DNA of 64,000 bases from sequence record PV472050.1. One strand, written 5' to 3'. Below the pieces are notes generated by a model that worked only from the letters and a program-made list of their open reading frames with translations, had not been told where the DNA came from and made no database searches. Positions 53,382 to 64,000 of this stretch are shown here, one piece after another (position 1 is the first letter of the stretch; each line of letters starts with the position of its first letter). Both the position numbers and the translations under genes were made by a program.

Positions 53382-54623
53382 TCAATCCTCTTGAATAACA
53401 CTTCGAATGTAAAGGTGGTAACCGTTGTACAACGAACTGGGTTCGAAGCGATTGGTATACCCGTGATAAAGGTTTCCACCGTTGGTAATACCGGTGGTCT
53501 TGTTGAGGAATTTACGTTGAATGCCTAGGTCGATGTCTAAAAGTCTCCTGTTGATGATTTTGCGAGTGAAGTACTTGGGAATAAGGCCATTACTGACCAT
53601 TAAGGGAATAGAACGGGTTTCATGGGTGTGGTAAGTGAAAGGGTACTGGTACGTGGTGATGGGCTCCACGGACACATACAGGTTGGGATTATCCAGTACG
53701 ATGAGGAAGGTACTGGGATCGGTTAACAGAGTCTTCCAGAAGCTCTCTGTACTGAAGAACCGTTTATCCACGACTTCACGTTCTGGATCAATGATCCGAC
53801 TGAGGTCGATCATCGATTTCGAAATAAAGAGGGCGGAAAACCAATCCACCTTCTCCGTACGCAGCGTTAAGGTACGGTCACTCATTACCTGTACCACGTC
53901 ATTCAGGTACAACCGACCTCCAATACTCATCCAGACTGTCTTATTCCTTAGACTGACCGGAGACCGTACGTGCAGGAAGTTGTAACTGTCGTGATCCTCA
54001 AAGTCGATATCCGTCTCTTGGAAGGTGTAGGTCTTGAGTTTAGAGAGGGTATTGAAGTTGAGGTAGTTCACATGAATGTTGTCATTCACATTGAAGTGCT
54101 TTCCACCGTTCAACAGGTACACCGCCTGGTCATCCGCCACTGCTCGTACCAAATGCCCCCCATTGATCGTCCACAACCCCCGTTCAACCAAGGCGTTATA
54201 ATCCACCGCCGTTCGATCGGTCTTGATGACCCGAATATCCGGCGCGCTCGCAACGTCCAGGTGTTCCTGGCGATCATTGGCAATCTTAGCGTCCCCAGGA
54301 TACAGGGTAAACCATTTGTATTGGATGTCTTGAGCCGTTACGTACCGGTACTCATTACCGGGGAGGGTATTACTGGTCTTAAGGGGGACGTTGATCTGGG
54401 TGTCTAACCACTGTTGGATCACCCCATCGAACAACAGGAACTGGTTATGATAATCCACCAGGTCAATGACCACATCCCGCCCATACAACCCATCTTTCAC
54501 CACAATCTTTAATTCACAAAACGTAGCCACCAGTTCCTTGGTGGTCATCTCACTGATATCCACCAATTCCTCTCCTCGGGGGAAGATTTGGTTGATCCCA
54601 ACCGCCCTTTTATAGATGTACAT
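53382..54623 (-). CDS. Conserved virion protein (413 aa)
   Basis: Long ORF with motifs such as 'LWTINGGHL' and 'VWMSIGGRLY', divergent from the tail-fibre operon. Confidence 0.6.
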   Translation of the reverse strand: MYIYKRAVGINQIFPRGEELVDISEMTTKELVATFCELKIVVKDGLYGRDVVIDLVDYHNQFLLFDGVIQQWLDTQINVPLKTSNTLPGNEYRYVTAQDIQYKWFTLYPGDAKIANDRQEHLDVASAPDIRVIKTDRTAVDYNALVERGLWTINGGHLVRAVADDQAVYLLNGGKHFNVNDNIHVNYLNFNTLSKLKTYTFQETDIDFEDHDSYNFLHVRSPVSLRNKTVWMSIGGRLYLNDVVQVMSDRTLTLRTEKVDWFSALFISKSMIDLSRIIDPEREVVDKRFFSTESFWKTLLTDPSTFLIVLDNPNLYVSVEPITTYQYPFTYHTHETRSIPLMVSNGLIPKYFTRKIINRRLLDIDLGIQRKFLNKTTGITNGGNLYHGYTNRFEPSSLYNGYHLYIRSVIQED

Positions 54624-54738
54624 AGGGGTTCAACTCCTTAACGATTCTATGAAATCTACCCTACAGGCCCTATGGGTACTATACTCTCTAGGGGATTAAT
54701 CATAAAATGCCTTATTCATTGACTTTGGAGAAATTCTA

Positions 54739-55482
54739 ATGGCAAACATCGTCTATGGTTGGAACCCCTTCCAGGAACGCGTCGATTGCAGAGTAACGAA
54801 CGAAACCATTAAAACCTCTGGTAATCTCAACCGCGTCGAGTTCGTTCCCCGAGCAGCTCCTTTCTTTGCTCACAACTTCAAACTGTACCGTCAAGGGAGT
54901 AACCAACCACTCCTCCCGGGACAAGACTTCATCTTTGGTCATCCTTTCCAACGGTTTATTAAGACCTATCAGAAGAACGTGTACAGTTCCGTGATTCTGC
55001 TGAAACCGGTTGAAGTGGTCCTGATGGGGGAATATGACACCATTGGCGGACCGTTCGTGTTGGATGACGTGGCATACGCCACCCTGGTAGCCAACATCAT
55101 TAACAGCCCCCGGGAAGCCCTCTGGGAGAACCTGGTCAATGTCCCGACCGAGTTCCCTTCGGATCCCCATGAACAACCGGCTGCCCAGGTCTATGATTTT
55201 GCTCAGATGATGGATTACCTGCGTGACCTGATCTTGGCGGTTACCCAAACCACCTCCGATTCCCCAACGACCTTGAAGACCCTGTTGGAACAACACCTGG
55301 CGGCTGACTTGGCGCAAGCCCACAGGGCGGATAAGGGAATGCTGGGTCTCGACAATGTAGAGAACTTGGGCAAAGCCACGGTCAATGATATCACGGGCAA
55401 TTCGGACAACCTCGTCGTCACCGTAGCCGTTATGAAGGAAGCCCTCCGTCGACTGGCTGCGGGTACGCTGAACCTTAATTAA
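54739..55482 (+). CDS. Short tail-fibre-associated protein (247 aa)
   Basis: It shares the N-terminal 'P-x-x-x-PFF' module, 'WENLVNVPTEFP' and 'LGLDNVENL' with the downstream fibres. Confidence 0.6.
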   Translation: MANIVYGWNPFQERVDCRVTNETIKTSGNLNRVEFVPRAAPFFAHNFKLYRQGSNQPLLPGQDFIFGHPFQRFIKTYQKNVYSSVILLKPVEVVLMGEYDTIGGPFVLDDVAYATLVANIINSPREALWENLVNVPTEFPSDPHEQPAAQVYDFAQMMDYLRDLILAVTQTTSDSPTTLKTLLEQHLAADLAQAHRADKGMLGLDNVENLGKATVNDITGNSDNLVVTVAVMKEALRRLAAGTLNLN

Positions 55483-55492
55483 GGAGCCGGTT

Positions 55493-58400
55493 ATGCATTT
55501 TCCAATCGTCCGGGAATACAAAACCGATATTGTTCACAATAACCTGGAGAACCAAATTCGAGGTGAACCGTTTAAAGTCGATCCAGGAATCTGGTCCCGG
55601 ATTATTGTGCCTATCCACAGTCCGTTCTTTGTCGACAGCCTGAAGGTGACGTTCCCGAACGGTCAACCCATGGACGAGTCCCAGTACCGTATTTATCGCT
55701 TGATGCCTCGGTTGACGGAACTCACCGCTCAGAAAGTTGCGTGTATGATCGAACTGCTGGACCCTACGATTACCGAAGGGAAGTTGGATTACGACATCGT
55801 AGGGGAATTCAGCCTGTTTGATACCACACTGCTCCACATGGTGATTGCCGCCTCTGAAGATGACCGTCCGGTCTGGTGGGAGAACATCAAGAACAAACCC
55901 GTGGTCTTCCCACCGGAGTGGCATACTCATAGCCTACTCTACGACATCATGGCCTTTGGTGACTTTGTTGAAGTCTTGGGGATGATCTCTGACGCGGTTG
56001 AAACGCATGGGAAACCGTACCTTCAGATTAAGATTGACCATGCGTTTGAACTGTTCAATCATTACCTGGGGATTTACAAGAAGTCACTGGCTGATTTCTT
56101 GGCTCGTCATAAAGCGAGTTATAACAGCCACGGACTGACGGCCTTGCAAGTGGGATTGGAGAAAGTAGACAACTTCCCCACCGCTACCGCTTCCGGTGCC
56201 TTGGAAGGTAGACGTGACCGTCACCTCACGGTATCGGGACTTCAAGCCATTATTGACCACTATGGCTTTAATCCCAAGGACTTCATTGAGAACGGTAAAC
56301 TTCCCATTGCTCAATTCGGTAACACGAACTTCATTCCCCCGTCTATTGATGGATCTTTTGAAGGCTTGGGGGGTAAGAGTGAATGTGCAGCCATCACCAT
56401 GGAAGCAGATGGCAGCATCGTCTTTCTGTCTAACCGAATGGATGGTCGTATTGACGGACTGTATTACTCGGTTCTGGAAGATCCCTATACCAACCCCCGG
56501 TTAGTCTATACCAGTTACCGCTATTCTCACCCTCTGCTCTTAGCGGAGAATGCGGAATGTGATCGGATTGTCCAAGGAAGTGGACGTGAAGTCATTATGC
56601 TGGGGGATATTCGCAAGAACTTGTTTTACATTGGGTTGACCAATGGTACCTTGGATCCCACTAAACACATTCTCACGCCCATTAACCTGGATGCGCTAAA
56701 GGCTCCCTGGAATGGCAATCCGAACTTCTCCTGGAATACTTGGTTCAGAAGTTTGAGCGTGGCGTACCTGGGGAACTGGATCTACATCTTCCACGCCCAC
56801 AACTTGGAAAATGGAGAACAAGCTGATGGTGTAACGGATTACCGGTATCGGTACCTGTACCGGGTTAGAACCAGTGATGTCAACGCCCAGATCCCGGTAA
56901 CCGCTACGTTGGTACGCCCCACCTTTAAAGACGGTGACGGTGTTCAATGGAATAACGCACCGTTCTTCCGGTGGTGTACCCCTCAGGGGTATCGGCGGGT
57001 GAATAACAATGATACCTGGGAACGGTATTACTTTACCTTTAAACAAAGCAGTAACCTCGCCTTTACGGGGATTTACCGTTCTCAGCCAACGGTGGCGTGC
57101 CCTATTCCGAACAAGCCGGGTAAATACCTGGTACGCTTTATGGCGGCCTGGTGGGCGCGGTACGTGGTCCCTGGGGTAATAGGTACCTGGGATCTCCCGC
57201 TAGAGATGGTGTATGAGATGGACCCTGAAACCGGTGTGATGACCCTCCTCCATCAAACACCTCGAAGGGAAATCGATTTCCTGAACATTCCGTCATCTGG
57301 CGACCCAAAAAACCGCCGCCTTAACCAATTGGTGTTCAACGATTCGGAACAAGGCATGGATGTGCTGGATGACGGTACGATTGTGGCGTCTTATGGTGCC
57401 TATCAGTCGTTCCCCCGGTCAGCCTTCTACGTAGTACCCAGGTCGTTCAAGTCCCGGTATGACGTCATGAACCGGACGTGGATGACCGACTTAGGGGATA
57501 TTGAAAACCAGCAACTCATTGCGGAGAAAATTACCAGCCCGATTGCTTCCTCGATCAAACCACGTTCCTTCTTGTTGGGTAATGGGGGGGATGTGTATAC
57601 CGCGGGGACCAATACCCTACCGAGTGTTATCACCAACCAACTGTGGTACCGGCAGTCCCCTGGGAAGTTAGCGGAGCGTCCTGAGGTCTCTAACCTCTTC
57701 TTCAACAAGGTTGTTTCTCGTCCTCTGAGTAACGCGGTCTTCCGGGTGGAAGGTCCTCCTCAGGTGGGTGGGGCGTATGTGACTGTCCCTTCTAACCTGT
57801 TGGATCAGTACAACACGGACTTGGGGGAATTCACCTTCTGTATGGGAACGCAGAAAGCGAACCTCGACCTGTCGAAAGCAGAAGGGGAATGGCCCGCTGG
57901 TAATCTTCCTCAAGACATCAAGGTTATGTCAGGACATACCCAGCAGATCAATCCGGATGGTTCGATGACCATGGTACCTACGGGGACTATTCTCTACCCA
58001 TCGTCCATTACGGCTCGGTTTGTAAACCATGTCGCCAATCCGACTGCCTGTAGAAACTCCCCCGCGATGTTTATCGGGCTGTGTGATCCCACTGGTTTCC
58101 TGACCGATAAGTTCGGTTGGTTACCGGTGATAATGATCATCAACTACGGAGAACCTGGCACCACGTCTCGTCACTGGACAATCTTGGTCATCGACCCGGT
58201 TTATACCGGACCCGTCAATGCCCGAGTGGTCAGTGATTATACTGTGCTGGATGTGGTACACAATGTCCATCTACAGGGTGCTACTGGGTTGACACCTGCC
58301 AGCTGGGATGCCTTCCTGGGCGGGGGAGCTAACACATCGGGTGGGGGTGCGATGAGGGTAGGGTATTACCTCAAGAGCGCGACCGAGTTGGAAGGCTTTA

Positions 58401-59047
58401 TTGACAGTGGGGTCATTGCAGCAGGTCCAGGAGACTCACTCACCTCGTTTGGGACATTCCGGTATACGAACCGTAGTACGAAACGGTGGACTGAATGTAT
58501 ACCCAGTATTACCGGTCAAAGTGGGGGTGCTAACCACAAGACCGTTACACCGGATAACGGGGTAGCTAACCAAATGGCGTACAACGTTTCCACTGGGGGA
58601 GCCGCTACGATCTTTGAAGGGTCGGTGAATAACCCCTTGCTGGGATCGGTTTACCCCGCTACCGGTTGGTACTTGTTCTTCCAATCGGAACTCAGGGTGG
58701 TCTTCAACGGACAGAACTACACGTTGAAGTCCATCTCCGTGGATTTGTCGGCAATAGTCCCTAATCCCGCTAATAAGACGTTCTATTTGTACGCAGTTCT
58801 TAAGAACGGGAATGCGAGCTACGAAGTGACTTTGGAGAAACGAGCTGAGACACCGTTTATTGTGTGGGTCGGACGAGCGGTTACGAATGACCGTCAGATC
58901 CTCACCATTGAACGGTTTAATGTCTTTACGATTAACGGGAACCGGATCTCCGAGACGAAACGGGGGAACTGCATCCCGGCGTCGTCAGGCTTGGTGAATG
59001 CTGAAGGTCAACTCCCGTGGTTACGTTCTTCTGAAATGCTTCCGTAA
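55493..59047 (+). CDS. Tail fibre/tail appendage protein (phiKZ gp131/134/135-like family), 1184 aa
   Basis: It has the N-terminal anchor module ('IVPIHSPFF', 'VGLEKVDNFPTAT'), the conserved 'PPSIDGSFEGLG', a beta-rich body and a conserved C-terminal domain. Confidence 0.7.
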   Translation: MHFPIVREYKTDIVHNNLENQIRGEPFKVDPGIWSRIIVPIHSPFFVDSLKVTFPNGQPMDESQYRIYRLMPRLTELTAQKVACMIELLDPTITEGKLDYDIVGEFSLFDTTLLHMVIAASEDDRPVWWENIKNKPVVFPPEWHTHSLLYDIMAFGDFVEVLGMISDAVETHGKPYLQIKIDHAFELFNHYLGIYKKSLADFLARHKASYNSHGLTALQVGLEKVDNFPTATASGALEGRRDRHLTVSGLQAIIDHYGFNPKDFIENGKLPIAQFGNTNFIPPSIDGSFEGLGGKSECAAITMEADGSIVFLSNRMDGRIDGLYYSVLEDPYTNPRLVYTSYRYSHPLLLAENAECDRIVQGSGREVIMLGDIRKNLFYIGLTNGTLDPTKHILTPINLDALKAPWNGNPNFSWNTWFRSLSVAYLGNWIYIFHAHNLENGEQADGVTDYRYRYLYRVRTSDVNAQIPVTATLVRPTFKDGDGVQWNNAPFFRWCTPQGYRRVNNNDTWERYYFTFKQSSNLAFTGIYRSQPTVACPIPNKPGKYLVRFMAAWWARYVVPGVIGTWDLPLEMVYEMDPETGVMTLLHQTPRREIDFLNIPSSGDPKNRRLNQLVFNDSEQGMDVLDDGTIVASYGAYQSFPRSAFYVVPRSFKSRYDVMNRTWMTDLGDIENQQLIAEKITSPIASSIKPRSFLLGNGGDVYTAGTNTLPSVITNQLWYRQSPGKLAERPEVSNLFFNKVVSRPLSNAVFRVEGPPQVGGAYVTVPSNLLDQYNTDLGEFTFCMGTQKANLDLSKAEGEWPAGNLPQDIKVMSGHTQQINPDGSMTMVPTGTILYPSSITARFVNHVANPTACRNSPAMFIGLCDPTGFLTDKFGWLPVIMIINYGEPGTTSRHWTILVIDPVYTGPVNARVVSDYTVLDVVHNVHLQGATGLTPASWDAFLGGGANTSGGGAMRVGYYLKSATELEGFIDSGVIAAGPGDSLTSFGTFRYTNRSTKRWTECIPSITGQSGGANHKTVTPDNGVANQMAYNVSTGGAATIFEGSVNNPLLGSVYPATGWYLFFQSELRVVFNGQNYTLKSISVDLSAIVPNPANKTFYLYAVLKNGNASYEVTLEKRAETPFIVWVGRAVTNDRQILTIERFNVFTINGNRISETKRGNCIPASSGLVNAEGQLPWLRSSEMLP

Positions 59048-59051
59048 ACCC

Positions 59052-59084
59052 AAGGAGGGAGAGGGTTAACCCCCCTCCCTCCTT
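59052..59084 (+). terminator. Terminator-like hairpin
   Basis: AAGGAGGGAGAGGG-TTAA-CCCCCCTCCCTCCTT followed by CTTTT. Confidence 0.6.
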
Positions 59085-59102
59085 CTTTTCAAGGTTTAGT
59101 CC

Positions 59103-62100
59103 ATGGATCCGTTTAAAATCGTTCAATTTGATATTCGTGGAACGCGCCCGGAGAATAAGATCACCGGGGAGAAAATGCTGATCAAGGATAAGACCTGTCC
59201 TTGGTTAATCCCGAATGGGTCCCCGTTCTTTGCTGAACCTGGCCTGTTCACGTTGTATGACGAACGGGGCGCCGAGATGACCCTCAACCGGGATTACTGG
59301 TTGGAGGAAGCCTTTATCCCGTTCTGTGAGATCAGCGGTCGGAATGTTTGTTGTTTCATTCGGTTAAGTGAGAGTATTCGTCAGAACAACGCTTTCGTTA
59401 CCGGAGACTACCAAACCATCGGGGCGTGGTTCGTACCGCGTAATAACCTGGATGAATGGCTGGAAAAAATGAGGGAAGGGAAGATCCCCATTGAGTGGGA
59501 GAAGGTCTTCGGTGTTCCACCCACCCTACCGCCCGAATACCATTTGCATAAAGCCGATACCGAAATTGGGGATTGGTATGAGCTGACGTTCTTCCTGGAC
59601 ACCATGGCGAACATTTACCGGAGCCGAGATCCAGAGCTGGAGGATCAATCGGAAGTTGTGATCAATGAGGCGTTTACGAAGCTCAGGAACTTCCGTGACG
59701 CCCAGATGCGTCGTCTTGTCGAACACGACAAGAATTACAACGCCCCTCACCTCCAAACGAAGACCAACCTTAACCTGGGCAATCTGGATAACTTTGCTAC
59801 AGCTACTCCCGAACAGGATAAGGCGGGTACGGCTGATAACCTCTTCAGTACCACGCTGGGTGTTAAGGAACTGGTCAGGGGGTATACACCGGATACGTCG
59901 GCTTCCATGCGTTCAGGGATTATTGCCATTAGTCGATTTGGAGGAACGGATTATATCCCTCCGGGTATTAGTGGTTCGTTTGAAGGGTTAGGGGGTGTTA
60001 CTCCTGACTGCGCCGCGGTATTGGAACTGAATGATAACCTGGTCTTTATTCGGGCTCATTACGACGGACGGACGGAAGGGTTGTATTACACCGTGGTTCG
60101 GAATCACTTGAGCCTGAATCCCGACGTTTCCTTCACCGGGTATAAATACCAACCCCCGTCGTTAACGGCCATTGGCTTCGTACCTAACCGGGTCTTTACA
60201 GGGAGTGGTCGGACTATCATCATGGTAACCCGGGATGGGACGAACCAGGTGTACGCGGCGCTGACCAATGGCACACTGGATCCTTCCGCGCATGTGTTTG
60301 TGAAGTGTAACATTGATTTGGCTATCCAAGATCTGGGGACGTCGGTTCGCCTAACGGAGTGGAGTCAAATACACACGTTGGGTAATTGGGTCTACTTGTT
60401 TGTGACAGCTATAACTGAAGGTCAATGGGGTGGTTGGGGGCATAGTCGTACACGGGCCTACAGAGCCCCTCTCAGCGCGATTAAGAATGGGCAGCCTCTT
60501 ACCTTCAGTCGGGTTAAAGTCTCACTGACGAACGTCCCAGGGGCCTTACAGAGCAATGTTGACTACATTGAGTTCACCCCTGCTCCTCCAGACGGTGAAT
60601 TCAGTACTTACGGCCCCATTACCTTTGCGCCTTATAAGGCCAAGAAAGGGGTTAAGGGATCCCAACGACGTCCCCTGATGTTCTTCTCTGAAACCAGTGA
60701 CATAGGACCTCAATATTGTTCCATGCATTACTTCGGGATGATGTTCTTTACTGGGAACATCAACGGGGTGGACCGTGTAACCGGGGTGTACATCGATTGC
60801 AGTTACGATTTCAACCCTGAAACCGCGACCTTCGTAGTGGTTAAACAACCCCCCGTACAGACCGTTGACCTGAGCAAGATCATCAGCAAAAATTCAACGG
60901 CCTCTGTGCATTATGCAGGTATTAGTGACGTCTTCTTCAACATCTCTGATCACTCCAGTCACCTCCTGTTGGAGAATAAGGTGATTGTTGGGATGTCACG
61001 TCTAGGGTTGAGGGTCTCTTTCCCGGGGTTGTTTAGCCGTTTGCAGTTCAACAAAAACCCGAATGTAACCGCCAGTGGGATGTTGCGGGATTACATGCAC
61101 GCAGACAATGCGAACTTCTCGGGGGTGGGAGAATGGGAAACACCCAGTTACCCTATCAAGAACGGGGGGCGAGTCAGTGCAGTGGGGTATGAACTTACCG
61201 GTGAGTATTTCTGGGCAGACAGCGCGGTGGATCATAATCGGTCGTTCTTCTACCGGAAGGTCAGCGGTGAATACGCCGTCCGTCCTGGGATTACCAACAG
61301 CAACTACCCCACCTTATTGGCTCGACCGATCAGTGCGGAGGTGTACGAGAACCGGTTAGACCGTAATACTTCCCTGATCAGTGTAACCGGGAGTGCGGCG
61401 TTCCTGACCGCTGAAGGGATTGAAATGGGGAACAGTTGTTTCTCTGTAATGGGAATGAACCATTTCGACGACCTGACCTCAGGGGTTGAATCCGATACCA
61501 CATGCCCCCGTGAGTTTACCTTTAAAGCCCCTAAAGGAAATGGGATCGTGTTATCCTGCCCTAGGACCTTCAGTCGGGTAATGGACGCTGGGGATCAAAC
61601 CTTTACTCTGAAGGGTGAAAGCCATTGGGGTGTTAAGCGTAACGTCATGGATAAACTGATCCAGTTGATCCCCGATACCCTCAGGGAGAAATGGGCGGTT
61701 GAGTTGATGGTGATCAATCCCGTCAGTGGTAAAGGGTTCAGTCGGATGAACTACGTACTGGCGTTGGTTCATACCCGGGACATCGAAGTGGGTCGGTATG
61801 TGGTCAAGAGTAAACTGTTGGCGTGCACACCGGTGATTGGTAATCCAGTCTCGGGGGTCTACCCGATTGATGACCTTACGATTCTTGATCAAACCGCATT
61901 TATCACCACGGTGAACAACAGTGGGGCTGGGGATGAGTGGAGTGACACAGAAGCGGATGTTGTGGCGTGTCCTCAGGTGTCGCTTTATGTGGATGAAGCG
62001 ACGAATACCCTCTCCGGGCGTATTTCGTCGTTGTACAACGTCCGAGGCGAAGCCTTGGGGTTCAACAAAGCAGTCCTGACCTTCAGCCTTAATAAGACCA

Positions 62101-62684
62101 CTCAGAAATTCTCCAGTGTTACACCCTTTAACAACGGGGAAGGGATGTCCGCGGCGTGGTGTGTGCAGAACCACGCCATTCCTAACGCCGGGTTAATTAC
62201 CCAACAGCAAGGCTACGTCTTTGAGGACACTGGCGGTGCAGGGTATGTAGGGAAGATCGGAACGAACACGTATCTGATTGGTTCCTGTTACCCGGAAGTG
62301 GGTTGGACGATTTTCTTCCAAGAAGAAGTCGAGATGATGATCAACGGTACCGTGTACAAAATGCCCGGTGGGTCTATCGACTTGAGGAATGTGTCCTCGA
62401 ATCCTCGTAACAAAACGTTCTACATCTATGCGACGGTTGAAGAGTCGGAAGGACGGTATATCGTCTCCGATGTTAAACTGCGGCGTTCCAGTGAGTTGCT
62501 GCATGTCGCAACCGCCGTGACGAACACCAACCAGATTGCCAGTATTACCCGGCAGAAAGTCTTTACCATCGGTGAGTTCCTATTAAGTTACACACGGACG
62601 GGAGGGATTATTCCGGTGAGTTCTGGTTTACCGCAGGATGAAGGTACGTTTAGCTTCTTGAAAGCCTCGGAACTTTTACCTTAA
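59103..62684 (+). CDS. Tail fibre/tail appendage protein paralogue, 1193 aa
   Basis: Same architecture as 55493-59047: 'LIPNGSPFF', 'LGNLDNFATAT', 'PPGISGSFEGLG' and a C-terminal 'YPEVGWTIFFQ...IPVSSGL'. Confidence 0.7.
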   Translation: MDPFKIVQFDIRGTRPENKITGEKMLIKDKTCPWLIPNGSPFFAEPGLFTLYDERGAEMTLNRDYWLEEAFIPFCEISGRNVCCFIRLSESIRQNNAFVTGDYQTIGAWFVPRNNLDEWLEKMREGKIPIEWEKVFGVPPTLPPEYHLHKADTEIGDWYELTFFLDTMANIYRSRDPELEDQSEVVINEAFTKLRNFRDAQMRRLVEHDKNYNAPHLQTKTNLNLGNLDNFATATPEQDKAGTADNLFSTTLGVKELVRGYTPDTSASMRSGIIAISRFGGTDYIPPGISGSFEGLGGVTPDCAAVLELNDNLVFIRAHYDGRTEGLYYTVVRNHLSLNPDVSFTGYKYQPPSLTAIGFVPNRVFTGSGRTIIMVTRDGTNQVYAALTNGTLDPSAHVFVKCNIDLAIQDLGTSVRLTEWSQIHTLGNWVYLFVTAITEGQWGGWGHSRTRAYRAPLSAIKNGQPLTFSRVKVSLTNVPGALQSNVDYIEFTPAPPDGEFSTYGPITFAPYKAKKGVKGSQRRPLMFFSETSDIGPQYCSMHYFGMMFFTGNINGVDRVTGVYIDCSYDFNPETATFVVVKQPPVQTVDLSKIISKNSTASVHYAGISDVFFNISDHSSHLLLENKVIVGMSRLGLRVSFPGLFSRLQFNKNPNVTASGMLRDYMHADNANFSGVGEWETPSYPIKNGGRVSAVGYELTGEYFWADSAVDHNRSFFYRKVSGEYAVRPGITNSNYPTLLARPISAEVYENRLDRNTSLISVTGSAAFLTAEGIEMGNSCFSVMGMNHFDDLTSGVESDTTCPREFTFKAPKGNGIVLSCPRTFSRVMDAGDQTFTLKGESHWGVKRNVMDKLIQLIPDTLREKWAVELMVINPVSGKGFSRMNYVLALVHTRDIEVGRYVVKSKLLACTPVIGNPVSGVYPIDDLTILDQTAFITTVNNSGAGDEWSDTEADVVACPQVSLYVDEATNTLSGRISSLYNVRGEALGFNKAVLTFSLNKTTQKFSSVTPFNNGEGMSAAWCVQNHAIPNAGLITQQQGYVFEDTGGAGYVGKIGTNTYLIGSCYPEVGWTIFFQEEVEMMINGTVYKMPGGSIDLRNVSSNPRNKTFYIYATVEESEGRYIVSDVKLRRSSELLHVATAVTNTNQIASITRQKVFTIGEFLLSYTRTGGIIPVSSGLPQDEGTFSFLKASELLP

Positions 62685-62689
62685 GGTAA

Positions 62690-62710
62690 AGGGGGAGGTT
62701 AACTCCCCCT
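62690..62710 (+). terminator. Short hairpin, possible terminator
   Basis: AGGGGGAG-GTTAA-CTCCCCCT followed by GATCTTTT. Confidence 0.5.
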
Positions 62711-62733
62711 GATCTTTTAAATGGAGTAGCTTT

Positions 62734-64000
62734 ATGATTATCCTTGGCGGGGAACCCCCTTTCATCGAAAACCCTGAACCCAGGTTCGGTGGAGTGATCT
62801 CCAAGCTCAATGAGATGACCTACAAACTGGAAGCGTGTGTTCACAGCTACAATGAGGGGACTAAAGAAAAGATCCGGTTGTTCAACGCAAACCTGAATGA
62901 TTTCATTAACCAAGCTATTGTCCCCATTGACGCCCACATCAATTCCCGTGGGGCAGTCCACGGTGAAACCAAACGGACGATTGGGTTGGGCCTTAAGGAC
63001 AACTACCGGACAGCTACCCTGGAGGAACAACAGTCGCTGGCGCCTGTGTTGGCGTACGTGACCCCTCACGGTGCTCGTGCTGCGGTTGTAACCCACAACG
63101 TCGGTTATAACGGTGCGGATTATCAACCCAATGACGTATTCCAATTCTCGTCGTTCTACAACCCGGATGAATACCCGGTGGTTGCTCCAACAGTGATTCA
63201 ACCCATTCGTTATTTTGGGTACTCCCTGAATGTCGGGATGATGATCAACAATGACCGTCTGGTGTTGTCTCCGGTTACCGATCCGTCTCGTTACCAACGG
63301 TACACCGCCTTCCTGTCCGGTTCTCTGGCGAACGCAGGGGGAACACAGTTCTCGGAGATTCAGAACCTCAACGCGTATTACACCGGACGGAATTGGAATG
63401 CGGTAGGAGGGTTTACCAGTTCGGGCAAAGTGGCCTTCTTTAAACCCCTGGCTGAGAAGAAGATCTACGAGTTCAAGAACACCCTCCCATTAACCCCCAG
63501 TAGTGCTAACTTCCTGCTGTATCAAGGGTATAGCACGGCGGTGTATAAAGGGCTGGGGGTTAGTTGGGACCGAGTCGGTACGGTTCTGACCCTAAAGCAC
63601 TATTTCTTCAACGTGAACTTCCTGGAAACCGATCCCACGTTGGTGGAGCAGGTGACTGCGTCGTACACCGCCCGGTTTACTCAAATCAATAAGGCACCGT
63701 ATACCGGACCGGCTAACGGGAGTCATTCGTACGACATTAATGACTTTGTGACCCTGAGTGCAGGTCAGACCCTGGAAATGAACGGAGGACTGCAACCCAC
63801 CACTGCCCTCTTCTGGAACATTCAAGACCGGGAAATCTACCTCTTTGTCGTTATTCCGGTGAATGTGGTCCAAGGGGGTATTCGTCGACCGTATAACCTC
63901 TCCTTCGTGGAATCCATTGTCCCGGGTACCTTGGAGAATGGAGGGACGGCAACCTTTACCCAACTGGGTAATTTAGCCAAGGACATTATTCAACCGAATA
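62734..64000 (+). CDS. Tail fibre-related protein, 3'-truncated by the window (missing from the ORF track)
   Basis: Translated by hand: ATG 62734 has a GGAG RBS and no stop to base 64000. It contains 'HINSRGAVHGETKRTIGLGLKDNYRTATLEEQ', the same anchor motif as the other fibres. Confidence 0.75.
   Translation, partial: MIILGGEPPFIENPEPRFGGVISKLNEMTYKLEACVHSYNEGTKEKIRLFNANLNDFINQAIVPIDAHINSRGAVHGETKRTIGLGLKDNYRTATLEEQQSLAPVLAYVTPHGARAAVVTHNVGYNGADYQPNDVFQFSSFYNPDEYPVVAPTVIQPIRYFGYSLNVGMMINNDRLVLSPVTDPSRYQRYTAFLSGSLANAGGTQFSEIQNLNAYYTGRNWNAVGGFTSSGKVAFFKPLAEKKIYEFKNTLPLTPSSANFLLYQGYSTAVYKGLGVSWDRVGTVLTLKHYFFNVNFLETDPTLVEQVTASYTARFTQINKAPYTGPANGSHSYDINDFVTLSAGQTLEMNGGLQPTTALFWNIQDREIYLFVVIPVNVVQGGIRRPYNLSFVESIVPGTLENGGTATFTQLGNLAKDIIQPN

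Overview
This is a 64-kb segment of a phiKZ-related, nucleus-forming-type jumbo phage (Chimalliviridae-like, about 50% GC). The assignment rests on recalled family features and phiKZ-like gene order, not on a database search. In order, the window holds: baseplate and head genes, including a cluster of internal head proteins with acidic propeptides (1-20.4 kb); a short accessory island; a DnaB-like helicase; the major capsid protein; a probable non-virion RNA polymerase beta subunit; an 11-kb accessory island (32.7-44.2 kb) with an SspB homologue, tRNA-Thr(CGT), small unknown ORFs and several structured non-coding elements; the probable portal; baseplate genes; RuvC; holin and spanin candidates; and tandem tail-fibre-like genes running off the right end. 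No chimallin, PhuZ, CRISPR array, integrase or reverse transcriptase was recognised. The strongest novel signals are four. (1) A non-coding element of about 330 nt at 43350-43680, with nested long-range helices, a promoter-like motif and a terminator, which is a candidate novel structured RNA. (2) A compact pseudoknot-like element at 39031-39151. (3) A family of long hairpins sharing a CCTACC/GGTAGG core. (4) Four genes broken by frameshifts at or near C-runs, which are either assembly errors, decay or recoding.
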